Source: Eubacteriales bacterium
GTDB taxonomy: Bacteria; Bacillota; Clostridia; Oscillospirales; QAKW01
DNA length: 51,854 nucleotides
Reading direction: 5' to 3'
NCBI GenBank assembly: GCA_045538295.1
Contig: JAZSRD010000034.1
Span: 1-51,854, forward strand
The stretch's first letter is position 1. Every line of letters starts with the position of its first letter. Of the stretch, positions 10,029 through 17,489 are shown one piece after another. The position numbers and the translations under genes were made by a program. The notes under the pieces were generated by a model, which did not search any database, was not told the origin of the DNA, and worked only from the letters and a program-made list of their open reading frames with translations.

Positions 10029-10553
10029 ATGAAAAAAATCATTGCTTTTACAGCAGTTTTGGCTTTGTTTTTTACTTTGAGCGGCTGTAAAAAATCAAAA
10101 GAGGATCTGGTGTTTTATGTGGTCCCCGGCGAGGCAGTTACCGCCTCCATGGTGGATAATTCCCTTTTGACAACTGCCAAAATGAAAGGCAGAGTGGCCT
10201 ATACCGGCGAGGATCTTTCCGGTTGGCTGTGGGAGGAGCATCGGGTGCAGCTAAAGGACGTTGCCGTAACCGGCGGTCAAACCAACGGGGGCAGTGCTTT
10301 GTTCCAGGCTGATGCAGGGGACATCTTTGTGCTGGCTGTGGGAGACAGAGTGATCTATGCCGGAGGTTTTGCTCCTGCAACCGGCTCGGTGAAGGCGATC
10401 CGTAACCCTTATATTCAAGATGGGGAAAGCGACACCTTTTACCTGCTCTGCGACCAAAAGTATGCCCAAGGAGAAGACCCCCGAGTAAATACCTACCTTT
10501 ACGATTATCTGGCAGATCAGAATCTGCTGGTTTCCACCTTGGAAAACAAATAA
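10029..10553 (+). CDS. Hypothetical lipoprotein
   Basis: MKK plus hydrophobic stretch and lipobox LSGC (Cys20); GAGG RBS. Confidence 0.75.
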   Translation: MKKIIAFTAVLALFFTLSGCKKSKEDLVFYVVPGEAVTASMVDNSLLTTAKMKGRVAYTGEDLSGWLWEEHRVQLKDVAVTGGQTNGGSALFQADAGDIFVLAVGDRVIYAGGFAPATGSVKAIRNPYIQDGESDTFYLLCDQKYAQGEDPRVNTYLYDYLADQNLLVSTLENK

Positions 10554-10564
10554 GGAGTAAGGGC

Positions 10565-11434
10565 TTGAAAATATATAAAAAGGAAAAAATTTTGATCTCC
10601 GGCTCCGGAATGGTCGTTTTGCCCCACAAAGTAACCAACGAGCCGGAACATCTCCACGAGTTCATTGAAGTGGTTTATGTTATGAATGGCACCGGAGTCC
10701 ATGGGATCAACGGGGTGGAATACCGGGTGCGCCGGGGCTCCATGTTATTTATTAACTATCGTCAGACCCACTATTTTAAAGCCGATGGGGAAATGGAACT
10801 TTGGGATATTTTGATCGATCCGGAATGGATCAGTGAAAAACTCATTGATTCAGAAAACGCCTTTGAGCTGCTTACCCTTTCCGGTTTTTCTGCCTTTCAG
10901 CAGGAGATCGACCGAAAAAACCCGCTGGTGCATTTCCACGGCGGGGAACGTAGCCGACTGGAACGGTTGATCCGGGAGATGTATGAAGAGCAGCAGGCAA
11001 AGGAGATCGGCTTTGAAACGGTGCTGAAAGCCCAGATCAGTGTGCTTCTAACCATGATCTTTCGAAAAATGTCGGCGGGCAAGCAGGAAGAAACCTTTTC
11101 TCTTACCCCGGATTTTTTGCAATATATCCGGGATCATTGCGCCGAAAAACTTTCTTTGGAGGAGCTCTCTCGCAGTTGTTTCTATAACCCCTCTTATTTC
11201 AGCCGGCTGTTTAAGGAGCATTACGGCATGACCCTTACAGAATTTGTGAGCCAAAGCCGAATTGAAAAGGCATGCTCCTTGCTGGAGGAAACCTCCCTTT
11301 CGGTGGAAGAGGTGGCAGAGCAATGCGGATTCAGCAGCCGCAATGCCTTTTTTAAACTCTTTAAAGAGAAAAACGGCAAAACACCCCAGGAATACCGCAA
11401 CGCGATCATCAAAGTAAAAAAAGAGGACAAATAA
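10565..11434 (+). CDS. AraC family transcriptional regulator with cupin sensor domain
   Basis: HLHEFIEVVYV cupin motif; C-terminal double HTH (YFSRLFKE, CGFSS, TPQEYR); AAGGAG RBS, TTG start. Confidence 0.9.
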   Translation: MKIYKKEKILISGSGMVVLPHKVTNEPEHLHEFIEVVYVMNGTGVHGINGVEYRVRRGSMLFINYRQTHYFKADGEMELWDILIDPEWISEKLIDSENAFELLTLSGFSAFQQEIDRKNPLVHFHGGERSRLERLIREMYEEQQAKEIGFETVLKAQISVLLTMIFRKMSAGKQEETFSLTPDFLQYIRDHCAEKLSLEELSRSCFYNPSYFSRLFKEHYGMTLTEFVSQSRIEKACSLLEETSLSVEEVAEQCGFSSRNAFFKLFKEKNGKTPQEYRNAIIKVKKEDK

Positions 11435-11450
11435 AGGTAAAAGAGTAACA

Positions 11451-11498
11451 TTGAGACAAAAAAATTCTTGTGCTACAATTAGCACAAGAATTTTTTTG
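11451..11498 (+). promoter_or_regulatory. sigma-A promoter embedded in a perfect 19-bp inverted repeat
   Basis: TTGAGA(11451)-N17-TACAAT(11474) with TG; arms CAAAAAAATTCTTGTGCTA 11457-11475 and TAGCACAAGAATTTTTTTG 11480-11498. Confidence 0.6.
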
Positions 11499-11517
11499 TT
11501 TTTATAGGAGGAGAACC

Positions 11518-12972
11518 ATGGTTAAATTAAATCGAGCAATGATCAAAGATAAGATCCATGCCTGCTGGATCGGCAAAAACATCGGCGGCACCATTGGCGG
11601 TCCTTTTGAAGGAAAGAAGGAACTGCTGGATATTAAGGGATTTGTTACCGAAAAAGGCGATCCCTTGCCCAACGACGATTTGGATTTGCAGCTGATCTGG
11701 CTGTGCGCCATGGAGGAGGTTGGTCCCTACCAGCTTACCGCACGGGAACTGGGAGAATATTGGATCAATTACCTGCCGCCCCATTGGAATGAATACGGCA
11801 TTGGAAAGGCCAATATGAAAGCCGGTTTATTGCCGCCCCTTTGCGGTGAATATCACAACGAAAAATGGCGCCAGTCCAATGGTGCCTGGATCCGTTCCGA
11901 AATCTGGGCTTGCCTGGCTCCGGGTTTTCCCCATGTTGCCCGCCGCTACGCCTTTGAAGATGCCTGTGTGGATCATGGCATGGGCGAAGGTACCGTGGCA
12001 GAGCAGTTTACCGCCACTTTGGAAAGCCTTGCGTTCTTTGCCACCGATATTCGGGGCGTAATCGAAGAGGCGCTGGCTGCTATTCCCGCAGAAAGCCGAG
12101 TTGCCCGCAGCATTCGCCTGGTAATGGAAGGCTACGATCGGGGCGACGATTGGAAGGATGTGCGCAACGCCCTGGTAAAAGACAGCGAAGATCTGGGTTG
12201 GTTCCAGGCTCCTGCCAACGTGGGATATGTGGTTTTGGGTTTGCTGTACGGCGAAGGCGATTTCAAAAAATCCATGCTTTACGCAGTAAACTGTGGCGAT
12301 GATACCGACTGTACTGCCGCTACCGTGGGTGCCTTCTTGGGAATTTTCTATGGTACCGCAGGTATTCCCCAGGATTGGGCAGAATATATTGGAGAAAAGA
12401 TCGTTACCATTTCGGTGGATCGTTCCTATCGGCGGGTGGCAACTCTTAACGATTGCGCCACCCTTACCCAAAGGGTAATGGAGATGATCCCCACCGTGTT
12501 AACTGCGAACCAGATCCCCGCCGAGTTTACCGATGGAGAAACAGATCTGAGCAATATTCAGGAATATGCAATCAACAGCAAAAAACGTCGGATGGATTGC
12601 GATGAAAATCCTTTGGCTCGTTCCCGTTACTGCATTGATGTGTGGAATAATGCACTGATTCGTGCACGGGTAGACTATGATAAATTGCCGGAATTATTGC
12701 CCGGAGAGCAGGTTACCGTAACCCTGAATGTGTATAACAAAATGCCCAGCCCGCTGGTCTTTGATATTCGCCTTCTCTTGCCGGAAGGGGTAACAACCGA
12801 CCGTACAAGAGGCAGATTGTATGTGGACCATAAAAATCTTATGGCAGAAACTTGGAGTTTCACCGTAACCGCCAATGAAGAACTGAAGGCAATGAATCGA
12901 ATCCTGGTGGAGATGGACTGCCCCGGCAGACCTCAGCCCGCTTTGTTTGCAGTTCCGGTAATTGGAAAATAA
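11518..12972 (+). CDS. ADP-ribosylglycohydrolase family protein with C-terminal Ig-like extension
   Basis: GKNIGGTIGGPFEG, PNDDLD, SNGAWIR, GDDTDCTAATVGA; AGGAGG RBS supports ATG 11518. Confidence 0.85.
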   Translation: MVKLNRAMIKDKIHACWIGKNIGGTIGGPFEGKKELLDIKGFVTEKGDPLPNDDLDLQLIWLCAMEEVGPYQLTARELGEYWINYLPPHWNEYGIGKANMKAGLLPPLCGEYHNEKWRQSNGAWIRSEIWACLAPGFPHVARRYAFEDACVDHGMGEGTVAEQFTATLESLAFFATDIRGVIEEALAAIPAESRVARSIRLVMEGYDRGDDWKDVRNALVKDSEDLGWFQAPANVGYVVLGLLYGEGDFKKSMLYAVNCGDDTDCTAATVGAFLGIFYGTAGIPQDWAEYIGEKIVTISVDRSYRRVATLNDCATLTQRVMEMIPTVLTANQIPAEFTDGETDLSNIQEYAINSKKRRMDCDENPLARSRYCIDVWNNALIRARVDYDKLPELLPGEQVTVTLNVYNKMPSPLVFDIRLLLPEGVTTDRTRGRLYVDHKNLMAETWSFTVTANEELKAMNRILVEMDCPGRPQPALFAVPVIGK

Positions 12973-12978
12973 AAAAGC

Positions 12979-13007
12979 AAAAAGGAGATGCACAGCATCT
13001 CCTTTTT
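12979..13007. terminator. Bidirectional intrinsic terminator
   Basis: AAAAAGGAGATGC-aca-GCATCTCCTTTTT between convergent genes. Confidence 0.85.
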
Positions 13008-13024
13008 ATATTAGGTAAATAAAG

Positions 13025-13339
13025 TTAGTAGTCTTTTGCCAAACGCTGGATATTTTTGATCACCAATTGCAGGTCTTCTTCGTTGAGCTTTTGCATCTCG
13101 CCAAGAGCAGTTTGAATCAATGTGGGGTATTGTGTTCCTTCGTCAAAAAACTGCTGGGGTGTTACGCCGAAATATTCGCAGATCGATAAGAATTCCGAAA
13201 GAGGAGGCAGTGCTTTACCGGAAGAAATGTTATAAACATAACTGCGGCTATGCCCCAAGTCATAACTCATCCGGTATTCGGAAACACCTTTTTGCAGGCG
13301 GAGCTGCGTGATGCGGTCACGAATAAATTTGGTATCCAT
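13025..13339 (-). CDS. XRE/Cro-type HTH transcriptional regulator
   Basis: RITQLRLQKGVSEYRMSYDLGHSRSYVYNISSGKALP HTH; GAGGTG RBS. Confidence 0.88.
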   Translation of the reverse strand: MDTKFIRDRITQLRLQKGVSEYRMSYDLGHSRSYVYNISSGKALPPLSEFLSICEYFGVTPQQFFDEGTQYPTLIQTALGEMQKLNEEDLQLVIKNIQRLAKDY

Positions 13340-13600
13340 GCTTTTTCACCTCACTTGTTTATATTTTAATCAATTCTTGGCAAGGAGTATACAAAATTAA
13401 TACGCTTTTGTAAAAATATAGGACAATGAAATTCGTTAACTGACGAAAAATGCAATTTTTTTGTGATTTTGGGCATTCATTCGTGGCTTTTTACCAAAAT
13501 ATAGCATTTTTTACATTATATAATATAAAATTTTCTTTTCACATTATAGCATATTTAAAAAATATGAAAAGGTAGTAGTTGGGGGTGCCTGCTTTTTTCC

Positions 13601-13658
13601 TTGACTAAAAAGGCGTTGTATGATAACATATAAAAGATTGTGTCACCTATTGATACAA
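13601..13658 (+). promoter_or_regulatory. sigma-A promoter and candidate operator upstream of the OPT gene
   Basis: TTGACT-N17-TAACAT with TG; near-palindrome TTGTGTCA-cctat-TGATACAA at 13638-13658. Confidence 0.55.
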
Positions 13659-13683
13659 ATAGATTTTATAAGGGAGCAAATAT

Positions 13684-15591
13684 ATGGAAGAGAAAAAAGT
13701 ATTTAAGCCGTATATCCCCGCTGCAAAGATCACCCCTGAAATGACGGTCACCTCCATCATCATGGGTATTATCCTGGCGGTAGTATTCGGCGCTGCGAAT
13801 GCCTATTTGGGGCTTCGTGTGGGTATGACTGTATCGGCATCCATTCCCGCAGCAGTTATCGCTATGGGTGTGATCCGTGTGATCATGCGTAAAAACTCCG
13901 TGTTGGAAAGTAATATGGTTCAAACCATCGGTTCTGCCGGTGAATCCTTGGCAGCCGGTGCGATCTTTACCCTGCCTGCCTTGTTCCTGTGGGCATCCGA
14001 GGGTGTAATGAAAAAGCCCGGCATCTTAGAGATCACCTTGATCGCTTTGCTGGGCGGCCTGCTGGGTGTGTTCTTTATGATCCCCCTGCGGAATGCATTG
14101 ATCGTGCGGGAGCATGGCGTACTGCCGTATCCCGAAGGCCAGGCTTGCGCCGAGGTCATGTTGGCAGGAGAAGAGGGCGGCTCCAACGCCTCCACCGTAT
14201 TTGCCGGCATGGGCTTTGCCGCATTCTTTAAGTTTATCATTGACGGACTGAAGATCGTTCCCGGTGAGGTTTCTTTAGAGGGCACTACCAAGAACTATCC
14301 CGGTGCCATTGGCACCCAGATCTACCCTGCTGTAATGAGCGTGGGTTATATTTGCGGTCCTCGCATCGCTTCTTATATGTTTGCAGGCGGCTTGCTCAGC
14401 TGGGCGGTACTGATCCCCATGATCGTGATCTTTGGTGCCGAGCTGATCCTGTATCCCGGCACCTCCCCCATTGGCGAGATCTTTGCTGCCGACGGTGTGG
14501 GCGGTATCTGGGGCTCCTATGTTCGTTATATTGGTGCCGGTGCATTGGCAGCCGGCGGTATTATCAGCCTGATCAAATCCCTGCCCCTGATCGTGCGTAC
14601 CTTCCGGGATGCCATGAAGGGCATCGGCGGTGCCAAGGCAGGCTCCTTGCGTACCGAGCAGGATATTAATATGAAGATCGTGCTGATCGCTATTTTGGCG
14701 CTCACTCTGGCTGTATGGCTGGTACCCGCCATCCCCGTTTCTTTGATCGGCGCCATCATCGTGGTGATCTTTGGCTTCTTCTTTGCCACCGTATCCTCCC
14801 GTATGGTAGGCTTGGTGGGCAGCAGTAACAACCCGGTTTCCGGTATGGCTATTGCTACCTTGCTGATCGCCACCCTGATTTTGAAGCTGACCGGTGAATC
14901 CGGCGCCTCCGGGATGCAGGCCGCTATTGCCATTGGTTCTATTATCTGTATTGTAGCCGCCATTGCCGGCGATACTTCTCAGGATCTTAAAACCGGCTAT
15001 CTGTTGGGCGCAACCCCCAAGAAGCAGCAGATCGGTGAGATTGTTGGCGTTGTGGCTGCTGCTTTAGCCATTGGTGCCACGCTGTACCTGCTGGATAGTG
15101 CATGGGGCTTTGGTACCGATGAACTGGCCGCTCCCCAGGCTACCTTGATGAAGATGGTGATCGAAGGCATTATGGGCGGCAACCTGCCCTGGGGCTTGAT
15201 CATGATCGGTGTGTGCATTGCGGTGATCGTGGAAGTGATCGGCATCCCCGTGCTTCCCTTTGCTATTGGTGTATATCTGCCCGTTCAGCTGAACGCCTGT
15301 ATTATGGTGGGCGGCTTGATCCGCTTGTTCTTTGATCGCATGAAAGAAAGCGATAAGAAGAAGGGCATCATCAACAACGGCGTTCTGTTCTGCTCCGGTA
15401 TGATCGCCGGCGAAGGCTTGGTGGGGATTTTGCTGGCTGTTCTGGCAGTGTTCGGTGTTGGCAGTGCGTTGGATCTTTCCGGTGTGCTGAATCTGCCCGT
15501 TTGGGCTTCCAATGTGGGTAGCCTGGTAGTATTTGCCCTGGTGATCCTCAGCCTGCTGAAATTTACTGTTTGGAATAAAAAGTCTAAATAA
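13684..15591 (+). CDS. OPT family oligopeptide transporter
   Basis: ANAYLGLRVGMTVSASIPAAV, LPYPEG, GSSNNPVSGM, DLKTGYLLGATP; many TM segments. Confidence 0.95.
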   Translation: MEEKKVFKPYIPAAKITPEMTVTSIIMGIILAVVFGAANAYLGLRVGMTVSASIPAAVIAMGVIRVIMRKNSVLESNMVQTIGSAGESLAAGAIFTLPALFLWASEGVMKKPGILEITLIALLGGLLGVFFMIPLRNALIVREHGVLPYPEGQACAEVMLAGEEGGSNASTVFAGMGFAAFFKFIIDGLKIVPGEVSLEGTTKNYPGAIGTQIYPAVMSVGYICGPRIASYMFAGGLLSWAVLIPMIVIFGAELILYPGTSPIGEIFAADGVGGIWGSYVRYIGAGALAAGGIISLIKSLPLIVRTFRDAMKGIGGAKAGSLRTEQDINMKIVLIAILALTLAVWLVPAIPVSLIGAIIVVIFGFFFATVSSRMVGLVGSSNNPVSGMAIATLLIATLILKLTGESGASGMQAAIAIGSIICIVAAIAGDTSQDLKTGYLLGATPKKQQIGEIVGVVAAALAIGATLYLLDSAWGFGTDELAAPQATLMKMVIEGIMGGNLPWGLIMIGVCIAVIVEVIGIPVLPFAIGVYLPVQLNACIMVGGLIRLFFDRMKESDKKKGIINNGVLFCSGMIAGEGLVGILLAVLAVFGVGSALDLSGVLNLPVWASNVGSLVVFALVILSLLKFTVWNKKSK

Positions 15592-15944
15592 TGAAGAAAA
15601 AGAAAGTTGTAATTCCGCAAAACTATCTGGAGCGGGTCCCTGCCCGGGCAGAGTCCCTGCGTTGGAAAGCCAATTCCGAAGGAATGGTTACCCTGGAGAT
15701 CGATAACACCGGTTGGGTCAACCGGATCGCCCAGGTGCTGTTTGCCCGCCCTAAAGTAAGCTATATCCATTTGGATGAGCTGGGCAGTTTTGTTTGGCCG
15801 CTTATGGACGGCAAAATGAATATTATTGAACTGGGTAAATTGGTGGACGCCGCCTTTGGTGAAAAAGCCCACCCTCTGTATGAGCGCCTGGCGCAGTATT
15901 TCCGCATTCTGGATAGTTACCACTTTGTGGTATGGAATGAATAA
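15591..15944 (+). CDS. Stand-alone PqqD-family (RRE-like) protein
   Basis: IHLDELGSFVWPLMDGKMNIIELGKLV...FG pattern typical of PqqD/RRE winged helix; start overlaps OPT stop (TAATG). Confidence 0.78.
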   Translation: MKKKKVVIPQNYLERVPARAESLRWKANSEGMVTLEIDNTGWVNRIAQVLFARPKVSYIHLDELGSFVWPLMDGKMNIIELGKLVDAAFGEKAHPLYERLAQYFRILDSYHFVVWNE

Positions 15945-15964
15945 AAAATGAATATATTGGCATA

Positions 15965-16010
15965 AAAAACCGCCCAAAACCGCATCCTCGTGCGGATTTG
16001 GGCGGTTTTT
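15965..16010. terminator. Intrinsic terminator after OPT-PqqD
   Basis: AAAAACCGCCCAAAACCGCA-tcctcg-TGCGGATTTGGGCGGTTTTT. Confidence 0.8.
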
Positions 16011-16026
16011 GCGTTTTATGCGTAAT

Positions 16027-16106
16027 ATACAATATCTTGTGTTGAGTAAAAATAAAAAACCGAAGATATTGTATTTTTAGCCTTGACAAGCCCATATATA
16101 TCGTGT
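16027..16106. promoter_or_regulatory. Tandem NrdR boxes (16027-16042, 16059-16074, degenerate 16091-16106)
   Basis: ATACAATATCTTGTGT; reverse-oriented ATACAATATCTTCGGT; CCCATATATATCGTGT; match to acaCwAtATaTwGtgt at 32-bp period upstream of RNR genes. Confidence 0.75.
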
Positions 16107-16111
16107 AGAAT
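16083..16111 (+). promoter_or_regulatory. sigma-A promoter of the nrdG-nrdD operon
   Basis: TTGACA-N17-TAGAAT. Confidence 0.8.
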
Positions 16112-16151
16112 AATATCTGCACGACAAAATATGGAGCAGAAAGGAAATGTT

Positions 16152-16841
16152 ATGACCATCGAGGGCCTTCAAAAACTCACTTTGCTGGATTTTCCCGGCA
16201 GAACAGCGTGTACGGTCTTTTTAGGCGGTTGTAACTTTCGGTGTCCTTTTTGCCACAATTTTGATCTGGCGGCAGGGCCATCGGCGCCCCTAATGGAGGA
16301 GGAAGAGTTGCTCCTTTTCCTGGAAAAGCGCAAAGGCTTGTTGGATGGTGTTGCCATCACCGGAGGAGAACCGCTCATGCGGCGGGAACTGCCGGAATTG
16401 CTCCGCAAGATCAAAGGTCTGGGGTACCCTATTAAATTGGATACCAACGGCAGCTTTCCTGCCCGGCTGAAAGAGCTGGTGGCAGAGGGGCTGGTGGATT
16501 ATGTGGCAATGGACATTAAAAATGCACCGGAGCGCTACGGGGAAACGGTGGGCTTTTCCAAATTGGGGCTGGGCCCCATTGAGGAAAGCGTTGCCTTCTT
16601 ATTGACTGGCGCAGTGGATTACGAATTCCGCACCACCGTGATCAACGAATATCACCGCCCCGAAGATCTGGCGGCCATTGCCAAATGGATCGCCGGTGCC
16701 AAACGGTACTTTTTGCAACAGTTTAAGCAATCGGAGCAGGTGCCTAATCAAACGCTTACGGCACCTAAACTTCAAACCATGCAGGAATATTTACGGATCG
16801 TGCAGGAGCAAGTTCCCGCCGCCGAATTAAGGGGGATCTAA
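16152..16841 (+). CDS. nrdG: Anaerobic ribonucleoside-triphosphate reductase activating protein (radical SAM)
   Basis: GCNFRCPFCHN CxxxCxxC, TGGEP, KLDTNG; start placed at ATG 16152 after AAGGA. Confidence 0.9.
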   Translation: MTIEGLQKLTLLDFPGRTACTVFLGGCNFRCPFCHNFDLAAGPSAPLMEEEELLLFLEKRKGLLDGVAITGGEPLMRRELPELLRKIKGLGYPIKLDTNGSFPARLKELVAEGLVDYVAMDIKNAPERYGETVGFSKLGLGPIEESVAFLLTGAVDYEFRTTVINEYHRPEDLAAIAKWIAGAKRYFLQQFKQSEQVPNQTLTAPKLQTMQEYLRIVQEQVPAAELRGI

Positions 16842-16843
16842 AA

Positions 16844-17467
16844 ATGATCAGAGTATTATTCCAAGGTGATTCCATCACCGATGCTGGCAGGGATCATAAA
16901 AATCCGGAAAGCGTGGGCGCAGGTTACCCTAAGTTTGTGATAGGTGCCATGGATCTGGACTATCCCGGCAAGTACGAGTTTATCAACCGGGGCATCGGCG
17001 GAAATCGGATCGTGGATGTATACGCCCGCATTAAGGCGGATATTATCAATTTGAAGCCGGATGTAATGAGTTTGTTGATCGGTGTTAACGATGTGTGGCA
17101 TGAGCTTTCCTACCAGAATGGCGTGGATACCGAAAAATTTGAGCGGATCTACGATATGCTGATCACCGAGATCAAAGAGGCTCTGCCGGAACTTAAGATC
17201 ATGATCATGGGGCCCTATGTAATGCCCGGCACCTCCACTGAAGCCTTGGGGCTGGAGGAATTCAGCGCAGGGGTTGCAGAGCGGCGTGCGGTGGCAAAAC
17301 GGATTGCCGAAAAGTATGGGTTCCCCTTTGTGGATCTGCAAGAAAAGTTTGATCAGGCAGCAGCCCAGGGTGCGCCGGAACGGCTCACCAAAGATGGGGT
17401 GCACCCGGTGGCGGGCGGTATCGAGCTGATCAAGCGGGCATGGATCGATACCTTTTTAAAAATGTAA
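16844..17467 (+). CDS. SGNH/GDSL hydrolase
   Basis: FQGDSITDAG, NRGIGG, IGVND, DGVHP. Confidence 0.88.
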   Translation: MIRVLFQGDSITDAGRDHKNPESVGAGYPKFVIGAMDLDYPGKYEFINRGIGGNRIVDVYARIKADIINLKPDVMSLLIGVNDVWHELSYQNGVDTEKFERIYDMLITEIKEALPELKIMIMGPYVMPGTSTEALGLEEFSAGVAERRAVAKRIAEKYGFPFVDLQEKFDQAAAQGAPERLTKDGVHPVAGGIELIKRAWIDTFLKM

Positions 17468-17489
17468 TAAATTTGACGGAGGATTAGAG

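Noticed and set aside
13340-13683. Tiny ORFs (MKFVN here, MNILA after pqqD) as precursor peptides; AT-rich spacer as a riboswitch
   Set aside because: Five codons with weak or no RBS; no recognisable aptamer or T-box motif, and the repeats fit divergent promoter elements
15591-16841. PqqD protein next to a radical SAM gene as a RiPP (ranthipeptide/PQQ-like) cluster
   Set aside because: The radical SAM protein is a short NrdG-type activase with no SPASM domain, separated by a terminator and under its own NrdR-boxed promoter
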